Source: Thermoplasmatales archaeon SW_10_69_26
Lineage (GTDB): Archaea > Thermoplasmatota > SW-10-69-26
Reading direction: 5' to 3'
NCBI GenBank assembly: GCA_003009755.1
Contig: PXUB01000017.1
Coordinates: 1 to 64,000, forward strand
DNA length: 64,000 bases
How positions within the stretch are numbered: position 1 is the first letter of the stretch; every line of letters begins with the position of its first letter. A program made the translations under genes and the position numbers. Under the pieces are notes generated by a model. It was not told the DNA's origin and did no database searches. It saw nothing but the letters and a program-made list of their open reading frames with translations. Shown here piece after piece: positions 17,946-27,354 of the stretch.

Positions 17946-20900
17946 ACTTTCGACCTTCTCCTGCACCCGGACATATCTGTCGAGGTCATCTCCTACTTGG
18001 TCCAGTAAGGGGAGCCGTAGCTCCTTTAGGCGATCCAACAGGGAGTTCGTCTTAGTAGCACTCTCCCGGAAATCGGCTATTCCGCCACCTTCCTTCACGA
18101 TGGCTGGGACGACCGCTTGAACGAGGGCGTTCTCCCGGTCGTCCAAGTCCCTCAGAGTGAAGGCTTCGAGATATTCCGTTTCGGTATATCCCCACTGGTC
18201 GGTCTCTTGTTCCTCCTCGTCCTCCGGCTTGTAGCGGGCCGCGATTCGAACCCGGAGGACACCGTTCTCCTCTTTGATTTGAACATCTCCCACTCGGAGC
18301 TTGTCGAACTCGTCCGCAGTCGCCTCAAGGATATCTGAATCGTGCGTGGGTTGGAAGAGGCCGATATCCGGGAGCTTCGGCCCCTCAAAGGGTGGAGCGA
18401 AGTAATCCAGGGGTTTGAGTTCATAGCCCTCGCGCTCTTGGCGTAGGTCAGAGATGTGATTGGCGAGGGTTGAGAGAAAGTCGTGGACAACGTCGTCCCT
18501 ATCTGCCTCGAGCTCTTCGCTAACCCGAGCTCTGATCTCCTCGCCGTCTTGGTCCTCTCGACCCTCTAGGTAGGTCTCGTAGAGGGAGCTCAGTTCATCC
18601 GCTGCTTTCTCTCGTTCCGGTTCTGGAGTGGAGAACTCGATTTCTCGGATCGGTAGATCCTGGAAGTATTGCTTTGTACAGGTGATGTACCCTCCGCGGA
18701 ACACGTTGCTGTTCGCCTGAAGGCAGCGGAACAGCAGGTCCGAATTGATGACCGAGAGGATATAGCGGGGGTCGTAATGGTTGGACTCCTCAGAGTCGAA
18801 GGCGATTCCGAATCCACCGCTGGCCATCAGTACGTATTCCGACTGTGGCTTGGGGTAATCGGCGAACGATGGACCGTCGGCGAGCAGAGGAATCAGGATT
18901 TCTGCGCTGTCGTGGATCCTGAGGTTCCGCGGCGCGCTGTAATCGTACCACACAGAGTAGTCTGCGCGTTCCTCGAGTTCATCCCGATTCCTCTCCAAGT
19001 AGCTCCACGTCTCCGGATACCGGGATGTAAATTCCTCCTCCTGCAGGAGTTCATAGTCCTCGTCGTATACCCAGATGAACCGCTTCGAGTCGTCCCCGTC
19101 GAACAGGTAGTTGTCGAAGTCGGTTGAATGAATTGGCTGTCTCAGAGCGTCTGCTTCGAGCTGGAAGCTCTCTTCTACGTCTGATGAGCAAGAGACGAGT
19201 CCCTCACTGGCCTTCTCGACGTGGACTTGGAACACATCATCGCAACCTGAGCTGGTCCCGCGCCCGATGGCTTCTGCGATCTCACTGAGGGGGATCGACT
19301 TCTCCCAGACGGACTCCAACAATGACTCGATCTCTTCGGACTGGAAGGTCCAGGTGGCTGCGGAGAGGGACTCGTTTTCCCATGTGGCCTTGCGCCAATC
19401 AGTCTCCTCATAGGGTAGTCGCTTGACAGTTGAGGGGTCTCCACCATCTGCAAGCTTCCAGTAGGTGAATGGCTTTTCCCGTTCGGAGCCCGACAACAGA
19501 AGGATCGCTGTGTAGGTCGTGGCGGAGTCTGCGAACACCTGGGTTGAGCCGAAGTCTAAGATGCCTGCAACCTGGGAGTTCTGCGCCAGCCTCTCTCGCA
19601 GTGGCTCGCCATAGTCAACACGGAAAATCTTGTTGGGAAGAATGAAGCCAAATCGTCCAGATCCCCGTAGGAGATCTGTGCCTTTCTCCACGAAGATGAC
19701 GTAGATATCGTAGTTTCCTGTTGGTGTCTTGTAGGTCGCCCTATAGTAGTCTCGCTGCTTCTCCGGGATTCGCTGGATCTCTGCGTACGGCGGGTTTCCG
19801 ATGATGGCATCGAACCCTGGATCCTCCTGGCGACTCCCATCCTGCTCGTAGAAGGCAATCGGGAATTCTAGTTGCCAGTGGAAGAAATTCTCCTCTGCCG
19901 CGAGATCTTGTGCTTCCTGGTACCAATCCTTTTCCTGAATGGCAGCCCATGATCCATCCAATAGGGCCTCAGCCATCTGTTGGTAAGCATCGGACGGGAC
20001 CTGGAGCCCATAGGCCTCTGCCGTGTGGACGTTCGCCATTGACCGGAGGTAAGTGTAGAGGTCGTCCTCCCGGACCTCTCGGTAGACGGCCTCCATTTCC
20101 TTGATGTCCTCTATGCTCTCATTCTCGATTGAGAGCAGTTCCTCGAACCGATCCGTGACGTGTTCAAGCGAGCGTTGTCGAGCCTGGCTGAAGGATTGGC
20201 GGAGAGTGAGTTGGCCTCTTGGCGTTGAACCGTTCTCCGTGAGGACTTCCTCAATGTCGCTTCCGATCAGGGAATTCCCGGCCTTTAATCGGTGATCGAG
20301 GAACGCCAGGGGTTGTTCGGCGGCAAGGGTTCGAAGCCAGAGCGAAACCTTTGCGAGTTCAACGGCTAGCGGATTGAGATCGACGCCGTAGATGCAGCGT
20401 TGGGCCACCTGGCGGCGGGCCCAGTAGATGTCATGGCCTTCCTCAACCGTCTCGACCCCTTCGGATCTCGCCTGGGCTTCTCGGGTTCGAATGATCTCGC
20501 GTGCGAGGTAGTCGATGGCATTGGTCAGGAAGTGGCCGCTTCCCATGGCGGGATCGAGGATTCTCAGTTCGAAGATTGAATTCGCGAAATCCTCGGCAAA
20601 GCCCTCGGTGGAGGTCGCAGACTGTAGGACCTGAGACCTCACGTCCTCAACGATGGGACCCAAGGTGTTTTCGATGATGTGTTCGACGATGTATTCGGGA
20701 GTGTAGTACGAGCCTGTGGCCCTGCGGTCCCCCGAGTCCGTTGTGAGATACACTTCGCCCTCGGGGATATCCGGAGTCCTCTGGCCAGGATCAATCGGCT
20801 TGTACTCGCCGTCTTCCACGGCGAGAGGCTCTTCGGCAAAGTTCAGTTTGTACTCCAACAGCCGTTCGTAGATGCTCCCAAGGTGGCGGATGTCGAGCGA

Positions 20901-22157
20901 GGTATAATCAACGAAGACCTTCTGTCCGCCTTCGCCATTCTCTCGCGTCGTCAAGAGTTCGATGACTCGTGCGAGATGAGCATCCCCGATCTTGTGCTCT
21001 ACGAGGAAACGGACCTCTCGACTATCAGCCGGAGATGGATCCGTCCGAAACAGGCCTCCGTTGTATGGGGGGATGTGCAGGTCTTCCTCGGGAATACCCC
21101 GAGCTTGGCTGCCTTGATCGATGAGGGTGAAGAGCCTCTGGAGTCGATGCCAGAGGGTGTCTTCCCATTCATAGTAGCCAGGATCTGGTTTTTGGAGGTC
21201 TTCCGATATTTCCTGCTTCAGTTGGTTGAGGCTGTATTTCTCTCGGTAGATGCGGTTGCGGGTGTCCAGCAGGTCTCGACCTTCACTCTCTGCGTAGAGA
21301 ACGAAGATAAGACGGTAGAGGTAGATGAGGGAGCTATCGTGAATCAGCTCGAGGTCGTCTCTGTCGAGATCGTTCTCAGGATAGGAGAGGAACCCGCGAG
21401 CGAGGAGCTTGATTGCTTCATAGACGTTTTCTTGTAGATCCTCGCCAAGTTCTCTGGCAAAGACTGTGCTCTTATGGTAGACTCGGTCCAGGAAGCTGTT
21501 GCCCGTGGAATCCTCTACGAATGCCGCCTTTCTGAAGAAGAGGTAGAAGTACTTGAACGCCTCAGGGTCTCCTGCTTCGAGAAGAGTTGGTAGATTAACC
21601 TCGTAGAACGAGTCCAGCCGGTGACTGGTCTTGTCGTGGTAGAGCCTCCATTTCCTGCCGTTTGTGAGTATGCCCCAACTCGCTGAGGTTTCTTGGAGAT
21701 AGACGTGTATTTGGTGACCCGGATTCTCGAAATCTCGGCGGTGTTCTCCTTCAGTGTCCAGGGGTCGTCCCCATCGTTTCGCGTCTCCGACGGCAATGGC
21801 ATTGCGGTAGAAGTCGCCGCCCTGATCTCGGCGTTCATGGGCGTCATCTAGTGCTTCTTGACTTTCGAAGAAGGCATAGTCCGGGCGGCGTCGACCTCGA
21901 TAGACGCTTTCTTCTATTTCGAAGGAGAAACCGAGCAAATCGAGAACCGGATTAACGAACCGTTTCCGGAGCTGCAGCTCATTGAAGTTCTCAAGTCGGT
22001 CTTCACTGTCTCTGTACTCTTGAAGTAAATCGTGGAATGCGTCTTCGACATCCTCCTCTGGGACAGCGGACCACGCGTCTGACTCTGGGAGAGTGTCATC
22101 GAGGAAGTGATTCGAGAACAGTTCGCTGTTCTTCCAAGCTGTAAGGGCAGTCTGCAT
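17841..22157 (-). CDS. Type IIG restriction-modification enzyme (Eco57I-like fused REase-m6A MTase-TRD)
   Basis: RPDYAFF...GDAKRW nuclease, GSYYTP, motif I DPAMGSGHF, motif IV NPPY, TaqI_C-like TRD region. Confidence 0.92.
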   Translation of the reverse strand: MQTALTAWKNSELFSNHFLDDTLPESDAWSAVPEEDVEDAFHDLLQEYRDSEDRLENFNELQLRKRFVNPVLDLLGFSFEIEESVYRGRRRPDYAFFESQEALDDAHERRDQGGDFYRNAIAVGDAKRWGRPLDTEGEHRRDFENPGHQIHVYLQETSASWGILTNGRKWRLYHDKTSHRLDSFYEVNLPTLLEAGDPEAFKYFYLFFRKAAFVEDSTGNSFLDRVYHKSTVFARELGEDLQENVYEAIKLLARGFLSYPENDLDRDDLELIHDSSLIYLYRLIFVLYAESEGRDLLDTRNRIYREKYSLNQLKQEISEDLQKPDPGYYEWEDTLWHRLQRLFTLIDQGSQARGIPEEDLHIPPYNGGLFRTDPSPADSREVRFLVEHKIGDAHLARVIELLTTRENGEGGQKVFVDYTSLDIRHLGSIYERLLEYKLNFAEEPLAVEDGEYKPIDPGQRTPDIPEGEVYLTTDSGDRRATGSYYTPEYIVEHIIENTLGPIVEDVRSQVLQSATSTEGFAEDFANSIFELRILDPAMGSGHFLTNAIDYLAREIIRTREAQARSEGVETVEEGHDIYWARRQVAQRCIYGVDLNPLAVELAKVSLWLRTLAAEQPLAFLDHRLKAGNSLIGSDIEEVLTENGSTPRGQLTLRQSFSQARQRSLEHVTDRFEELLSIENESIEDIKEMEAVYREVREDDLYTYLRSMANVHTAEAYGLQVPSDAYQQMAEALLDGSWAAIQEKDWYQEAQDLAAEENFFHWQLEFPIAFYEQDGSRQEDPGFDAIIGNPPYAEIQRIPEKQRDYYRATYKTPTGNYDIYVIFVEKGTDLLRGSGRFGFILPNKIFRVDYGEPLRERLAQNSQVAGILDFGSTQVFADSATTYTAILLLSGSEREKPFTYWKLADGGDPSTVKRLPYEETDWRKATWENESLSAATWTFQSEEIESLLESVWEKSIPLSEIAEAIGRGTSSGCDDVFQVHVEKASEGLVSCSSDVEESFQLEADALRQPIHSTDFDNYLFDGDDSKRFIWVYDEDYELLQEEEFTSRYPETWSYLERNRDELEERADYSVWYDYSAPRNLRIHDSAEILIPLLADGPSFADYPKPQSEYVLMASGGFGIAFDSEESNHYDPRYILSVINSDLLFRCLQANSNVFRGGYITCTKQYFQDLPIREIEFSTPEPEREKAADELSSLYETYLEGREDQDGEEIRARVSEELEADRDDVVHDFLSTLANHISDLRQEREGYELKPLDYFAPPFEGPKLPDIGLFQPTHDSDILEATADEFDKLRVGDVQIKEENGVLRVRIAARYKPEDEEEQETDQWGYTETEYLEAFTLRDLDDRENALVQAVVPAIVKEGGGIADFRESATKTNSLLDRLKELRLPLLDQVGDDLDRYVRVQEKVESLDIQISKTDDLINQIVHLFYGLTEEEIDLVQSEV

Positions 22158-22443
22158 GTTGGGGGGACACCCTGTGTACCGAAGTCGCGCCCGAATGGAC
22201 AGCCCTCCTTCGGCACACTTCTGTTTTGTAGGGGGCCGACGGACTCGAAACGCCGCGCCCGGGATGATATAGGTTCTGGTTCCTACCTGTGGAACCGCCA
22301 AGCGTGAAGCTCGTTCTTCGGGAACCGGGACGAGGCTCCTGGCGAGGATCTTCCCACGCTCGGATCCACGGCAACCGGTGAGGCAGAATAGAAGGATGCC
22401 GCGACACCGCAGCGAGGGGACGAGCCTTCGACGGTTGTCCAGT

Positions 22444-23358
22444 CTAAGAGGCTGCGGTCTCGGCTGCGTCCGCGGCGGCGGTCGCCTCAGGTTCCTCGTC
22501 CTCGTGGGGGCGGTGGACGTTCCAGACGAGCCCCATCTTCTCGAGGATGCGGATCAGGGCGCGGCCGGGGTCCAGCTGCCACCAGGCGTGGCCGATCTCG
22601 GCGGAGGTGGGGTAGGCGTGGTGGTTGTTGTGCCAGCCCTCGCCGAAGCCGAGCAGCGCCACGATCGGGTTGTTGCGGGCTTCGTCCTCGGTGTCGTGCG
22701 GGCGGCGCCCGAACATGTGGGAGAGGCTGTTGACGCTCCAGGTGATGTGGTGGCCGACGAACACGCGCACGAAGCCGCCCCAGACGACACCGAGCCAGGC
22801 ACCCATCAGGGTGCCCTTGACGGCGAACGCGATCAGGCCCGGGATGAGCAGACCGATGGTGGCCATCAGCGCGAAGCGGTCGTCGATCCAGCGGACGATC
22901 GGATCCCCGCGCAGCTCCTCGTAGATCGGGCCCGAGCGGACGAAGCGGTCGCGGAACAGCCAGCCGAGGTGGGCGTGCCAGAAGCCCTCCAACGGGCTGT
23001 GGGGGTCGCCCTCCTCGTCGGCGTGAGCGTGGTGGCGCTTGTGCGTGGCGGCCCAGTCGGCGGCGCCGCCTTGGACGGCCATCGACCCGAAGGCGAGCAG
23101 CGTCGCCTTCACGGCCGGGTGCGCCTCGAAGGCGCCGTGGGTGAGCAGGCGGTGGTAACCCACGCTGATGCTGAGGCCGATCAGGCTCCAGCCGCCGACG
23201 AGCAGGCCCAGCTCAAGCCAGCCGATCCCGTTCCCCCAAAGATAGACGATCGCGTAGACCGTGAGCGCCAGCGGGATGACGACGAACGCGAGAGTGAGCG
23301 CCTTGTGCCACCAAGGATCGTCGTGGAATGGGAGAGGGTCGTCGGACACGTGAGCCAC
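22444..23358 (-). CDS. Acyl-CoA (delta-9-type) fatty acid desaturase
   Basis: Three His boxes HRLLTH, HKRHH and HNNHH; DPHSP motif; TM helices. Confidence 0.93.
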   Translation of the reverse strand: MAHVSDDPLPFHDDPWWHKALTLAFVVIPLALTVYAIVYLWGNGIGWLELGLLVGGWSLIGLSISVGYHRLLTHGAFEAHPAVKATLLAFGSMAVQGGAADWAATHKRHHAHADEEGDPHSPLEGFWHAHLGWLFRDRFVRSGPIYEELRGDPIVRWIDDRFALMATIGLLIPGLIAFAVKGTLMGAWLGVVWGGFVRVFVGHHITWSVNSLSHMFGRRPHDTEDEARNNPIVALLGFGEGWHNNHHAYPTSAEIGHAWWQLDPGRALIRILEKMGLVWNVHRPHEDEEPEATAAADAAETAAS

Positions 23359-23447
23359 CTGTGCTTTCGGTTCGAAACCAGGTTCCCTTGCGGGACCAGT
23401 TTTCGACGGGCAACCGCTATACGAGCGTCCATCCCTTAAGACCGTTC

Positions 23448-23963
23448 GTGAACGAGAGCAACCCTGGTGTCGGGCGCGAAAGCAACCTGCCGCCCGACCA
23501 CGACCGGGTCCCGCAGACCAACGCCGAGCTCGTGGACCGGCTCGAGTCGTTCCTCGACGACCTGGCCGAGGGCCATCGCGAGGTGATGGAGGAGGTCGTC
23601 ACCTGGATCAACGCGCACGCCGACCTCGACGACGAGATCGAGGCCAGCGTCGAGGTGCTCAGCCCCTTGTTCCAGCCGTGGAGCGTCGAGATCTGCTTCG
23701 TGTTGCGCATGCACGGCGTCCTGCGCTTCAACGAGCTCAAGCGCGCCCTCGACGGCATCGGATCCAAGACGCTCAGCCGGCGGCTGGACGAGCTCGAGGA
23801 CCAGGGCATCGTGGACCGGGAGGCCTACGCCGAGGTCCCCGTCCGGGTCGAGTACTCGCTGACGCCCAAGGGCGAGCGGATGGGCGACCTCATGCTGCCG
23901 GTCATCGCCCACCTGCGCCTGTCGCGTCTGCGCGAGGAGGGCCGGCTGCCTGAGGAGGACTGA
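23448..23963 (+). CDS. HxlR family winged-HTH regulator
   Basis: LRFNELKRALDGIGSKTLSRRLDELEDQGIVDREAYAEVPVRVEYSLTPKG. Start is uncertain. Confidence 0.9.
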   Translation: MNESNPGVGRESNLPPDHDRVPQTNAELVDRLESFLDDLAEGHREVMEEVVTWINAHADLDDEIEASVEVLSPLFQPWSVEICFVLRMHGVLRFNELKRALDGIGSKTLSRRLDELEDQGIVDREAYAEVPVRVEYSLTPKGERMGDLMLPVIAHLRLSRLREEGRLPEED

Positions 23964-23967
23964 GTTG

Positions 23968-24120
23968 GGAGGTGCACGCAGAGAAGCAGAGCGGCAGAGG
24001 CCAGCAGAGATGCCAGTGGGGGGACGATGGATCGAGGGGGAGAGCTGGCCGGAGAACGGCCGCGGGAGGGAACGGAGGGAGCAGACCCGCCTTCTGCGTC
24101 CGTTGGCTGCCGTCTCCCCG
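23968..24120 (+). repeat. Degenerate CAGAG-rich repeat, copy D
   Basis: CGCAGAGAAGCAGAGCGGCAGAGG ... GGAGAACGG, with partial complement CTTCTGCGTCC downstream; lies between convergent genes. Confidence 0.4.
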
Positions 24121-24127
24121 AGGAGGG

Positions 24128-25195
24128 CTAAGCCTCACCGGGCGTCGGCGGCTGCTCGTCGGGCTCGTCGTCGCCGGAGAGCACGCGCATGGTCTCGGCG
24201 CCGGCGAACCGCATCGCGATGACGCCGCCGACGACGATGTCGACGTAGTAGGTCGAGGCTCGCCACACAAGGACGAACGTGGCGGTCAAGCCCTCGGTGA
24301 ACGGCGTGAACACGCCCAGCACGCCCGCCTCGGCCAACCCGGACCCGCCCGGCAACAGCGGGATCGTGGTGAGCACGGAGACGAGGGCGGCGCCGAGCGC
24401 GACCGTGATGAAGGGGATCTGGTGTCCGAAGCCGACGTTCAGCAGGTAGTAGAGGACGCCGAACTCCAGCATCCAGGAGAGGATGGTGGCGACGACGGCA
24501 AACCCGAACCGGCTCGGTTTGCGGCCGAGCACGGTCGCCAGCGCCCGCCGCATGCGCGCCGTCTCGACGACGAGCCACTCCTTGGCGCGAGCGGTGCGGT
24601 CCTCGCCGACCAACCCCTCGACCAGGTCCAACACCGGGTGGGCGGCCCGCGGTTTGAACAAGATCAACAGCGGAACGAGGATCAGGCCGATCAGGAACAC
24701 GATGCTGACCGGGACGACCAGGGCCAGCAACGCGGAGCGGGGCAGCCGTGGGACCAGCTCGACGAAGGCCCACACCCCCAGCAGGATGAACAACAGGATG
24801 TCCAACCCGCGCTCGAGGAGCACGATCAGGCTGCCCTCGCGGGGCGGCATGTCCCGGCTGGTGAGGATGCCGAAGCGCACCGGCTCGCCGCCGAACCGGG
24901 CCGGCGTCACGGCGGCCGCGAACACCGAGGAGAACACCGCCTCGATGCAGACCCACGGGCTCTGCGTGTGACCGGAGCCGTCGGCGAGGGCGTACAGCCG
25001 GGCGGCCCACAGCAGCAGCGCTCCGGCGTGGAGGCCGATCGCGATCGCGAACACGGCCGGGTTCAGGCGGGACAGCGAGGCGATCAGCTCCTCGCGCTGC
25101 ACGCCGAACGAGAGGGCGAACACCGCCATCAGGGAGAGGACGCTGGCGACGATGGCGACGATCAGCAGCCGGCGAAGGCGCTTGTCAAGGGCCAT
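24128..25195 (-). CDS. Flippase-like (lysylphosphatidylglycerol synthase TM, UPF0104) membrane protein
   Basis: TPARFGGEPVR, LLERGLD, PGGSGLAE, LVWR motifs. Confidence 0.9.
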   Translation of the reverse strand: MALDKRLRRLLIVAIVASVLSLMAVFALSFGVQREELIASLSRLNPAVFAIAIGLHAGALLLWAARLYALADGSGHTQSPWVCIEAVFSSVFAAAVTPARFGGEPVRFGILTSRDMPPREGSLIVLLERGLDILLFILLGVWAFVELVPRLPRSALLALVVPVSIVFLIGLILVPLLILFKPRAAHPVLDLVEGLVGEDRTARAKEWLVVETARMRRALATVLGRKPSRFGFAVVATILSWMLEFGVLYYLLNVGFGHQIPFITVALGAALVSVLTTIPLLPGGSGLAEAGVLGVFTPFTEGLTATFVLVWRASTYYVDIVVGGVIAMRFAGAETMRVLSGDDEPDEQPPTPGEA

Positions 25196-25808
25196 CCGTG
25201 CCTCCCTCCAGGATCCGCATCGCCTTGGCGCCGCGTTGGAGCACGGTGACGTGACCCATCACGGCCACGACGGTCACGACCCAAGGCAGGAACTCGACGC
25301 CGACACCGAGCGCGTGCGCGATGCCTTGGAAGCCGGCGCCGAACCACAGGGCCAGCTGGCGTTCGGGGCGCTCGACGAGGTCGGCCCAGTCCCGGCCGGC
25401 AGGGCGCACCTCCTCGAAGGTGCGTGCCTTGGCGTAGGAGGTCGCCGCGGCACCGAGGAACCCGAGCAGGCACACGGCCCAGATCCAGGTGACGTCGTAG
25501 TACCAGCCGATGGCGGCGAAGGCGAAGGCGTCGGTGTAGCGATCGAGGACGCTGTCGAGGAACCCGCCCTGCGGGCTCGTCTGGTCGGTCAGGCGGGCCA
25601 CGAGCCCGTCGAAGAGGTCGAGGATGGCGCCGACGCCGGCCACGGCTGCACCCACGATGAGCTGTCCGCGGGCGACGAGCACGGCGCCGAACCCCGTGAT
25701 GATCAGACCGACGATCGACAGCGTGTTGGGCGACAGGCCCAGGGCCTGGAACACCCTGGCGATGGGGGTGGCGGCGCGGTCGATCGCGCCTCGGACCTTG
25801 CCGATCAC
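25185..25808 (-). CDS. CDP-alcohol phosphatidyltransferase (probable archaetidylinositol-phosphate synthase)
   Basis: DLFDGLVAR...GGFLDSVLDRYTD signature; adjacent to inositol-phosphate synthase. Confidence 0.9.
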   Translation of the reverse strand: MIGKVRGAIDRAATPIARVFQALGLSPNTLSIVGLIITGFGAVLVARGQLIVGAAVAGVGAILDLFDGLVARLTDQTSPQGGFLDSVLDRYTDAFAFAAIGWYYDVTWIWAVCLLGFLGAAATSYAKARTFEEVRPAGRDWADLVERPERQLALWFGAGFQGIAHALGVGVEFLPWVVTVVAVMGHVTVLQRGAKAMRILEGGTDGP

Positions 25809-25851
25809 CGCTTGCCACCCCTGAGCCGCCCGTGCATCCGATCGCCTCGGG

Positions 25852-26961
25852 TCAGTTCCCGTCGGCGGTCTCGGTCACGAAGGCTTGCATCCGTTCCAGG
25901 GCTTCCTCGTCGGTGCACTGGGCCGGCGGACGCTTGAAGAACAAGCTCGAGGGGCCCTCGATCGGGCCGGCTCGGCCCTCGTCGGCGGCGAGGGCCGCGC
26001 ATCGGATGGCGTCGGTGAGGATGCCGGCCGAGTTGGGCGAGTCCTCCACGGACAGGCGGGCCTCGAGCTCGACGGGGGCGCCGAGGAAGCCCTCGCCTTG
26101 CATCCGGATGAAGGCGACCTTGTTGTCGCCGAGGAAGGGCACGTAGTCGCTGGGCGCGATCTTGATGTCGTGTTCGTCCAGGGGCTCGTCGAGCTGGCTC
26201 TGCACGGCCTCGGTCTTCGAGGTCCGCTTGCTGTCCAGCCGCTCGACGTCCTGGAGGGTGAGGAAGTCGGTGTTGCCGCCGACGTTGAGTTGGTAGGTCT
26301 CGCCGACGTCCACGCCGCGGTTCTCGAACATGTTCGAGAGGACGCGGTGGGTGATCGTGGCCCCGACCTGGCTTTTCACGTCGTCGCCGAGGATCGGGAC
26401 GTCGGCGTCGGTGAACCGCTTGGCCCACGAGGGCTCGGAGGCGACGAAGACCGGGATGCCGTTCACGACGGCGACCTCGGCCTCGAGGGCGGCCTGCATC
26501 CACGTCTCGGTGGCTTGCTGGGAACCGACCGGGAGGAGGTTGACGAGCACGTCGACGTCGTGCTCGGCCAGCTTGGCGGCCGGGTCCACGGGGTCGCGGT
26601 CGGCGACGACGAAGGCGTCGTCCTCGTCGGCCTCGTCCATCCGCGGCGAGCGGCCGTCGGCCGGGGGTGCCATGTAGACGGGGGCCTCGACCTCGGGCGG
26701 CTCCTCGCGGACCTCGAGAGCGCAATTGGGATCGGCGAAGATCGCCTCGCCGACGTCGCGCCCGACCTTGCGCTCGTCGATGTCGAACCCGCACACCACG
26801 TCGAGGTCGCCGACGTGGTACCCGCCCAGGACGGGGTTCAGCAGGCCCGGGATGTCCGCGTCCGGCTCCACGTCGCGGTAGTGTTCGATGCCCTGGACGA
26901 GGGCCGAAGCGCAGTTCCCGACGCCGACGATCGCGACGTTGATTGATCCCACGTGAACCAC
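25852..26961 (-). CDS. ino1: Myo-inositol-1-phosphate synthase
   Basis: VGVGNCAS, GDDVKSQVGAT, QLNVGGNTDF, DSPNSAG. Confidence 0.95.
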   Translation of the reverse strand: MVHVGSINVAIVGVGNCASALVQGIEHYRDVEPDADIPGLLNPVLGGYHVGDLDVVCGFDIDERKVGRDVGEAIFADPNCALEVREEPPEVEAPVYMAPPADGRSPRMDEADEDDAFVVADRDPVDPAAKLAEHDVDVLVNLLPVGSQQATETWMQAALEAEVAVVNGIPVFVASEPSWAKRFTDADVPILGDDVKSQVGATITHRVLSNMFENRGVDVGETYQLNVGGNTDFLTLQDVERLDSKRTSKTEAVQSQLDEPLDEHDIKIAPSDYVPFLGDNKVAFIRMQGEGFLGAPVELEARLSVEDSPNSAGILTDAIRCAALAADEGRAGPIEGPSSLFFKRPPAQCTDEEALERMQAFVTETADGN

Positions 26962-27030
26962 CGCGCCCCCGGTCGATAGCCGGTCCGGGACCGCACCGCT
27001 CGATTCGTCTCCGCGATTTAATGCTTTGGA

Positions 27031-27275
27031 GCCCCTTTCGTTCTCGCGGGGCCCTGACGCCTGCGGAGGGGGAGACGAAGAACGATCCTCGGCAACGAAG
27101 CAACCCCCTCCGGAGCGGTACAGGCCCCGGCGGCGCCGACATTGGGCGCTGGGGACCTTCGCGCAGGGCTATCCCCGCTCGAGACGGCGCCGTCGCTGGC
27201 GAGTCGGCCTGGGACGAGAAAAGGGATGGCGAAAGCCTCGAGCCCTCGCGGCGTCTATGCCGTGAGAGGGGAACA
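27031..27275 (+). ncRNA. Candidate structured non-coding RNA, unknown family
   Basis: Multi-branched predicted pairing with GCAA and GAAA tetraloops; no credible ORF. No expression evidence. Confidence 0.35.
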
Positions 27276-27354
27276 CCCGCCCCGAGGAAGACCCGAACCC
27301 GCCGCGGACCGGGAGGGACCCGCTGGGCGCTCGACCAGCTGCGACGACGTCGCC

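Larger units (their letters stand above)
9477..22697. mobile_element. Degenerate integrative island bounded by direct repeats in the desaturase gene
   Basis: 9477-9570 vs 22604-22697 is 92/94 identical (offset 13127 bp). Cargo includes an RM gene and an integrase-like remnant; GC is visibly lower from about 14.5 to 22.3 kb. Confidence 0.7.

Noticed and set aside
189-22241. Identical 14-mer GTAGGGGGCCGACG at 189-202 and 22228-22241 as possible att sites
   Set aside because: Short and G-rich, so plausible by chance in 64 kb of high-GC DNA; the interval includes the housekeeping gene fumC.
22228-22257. tRNA 3'-half-like sequence on the minus strand (GCGGCGTTTCGAGTCCGTCGGCCCC)
   Set aside because: The T-arm is imperfect, with no D or anticodon arm and no matching tRNA in the window; at most a degenerate att remnant.
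27031-27330. SRP RNA, RNase P RNA or c-di-AMP riboswitch
   Set aside because: Lacks the SRP helix-8 GGAA motif and properly spaced RNase P P4 strands, and has only a fragmentary CCCGAACCCG match to the riboswitch.
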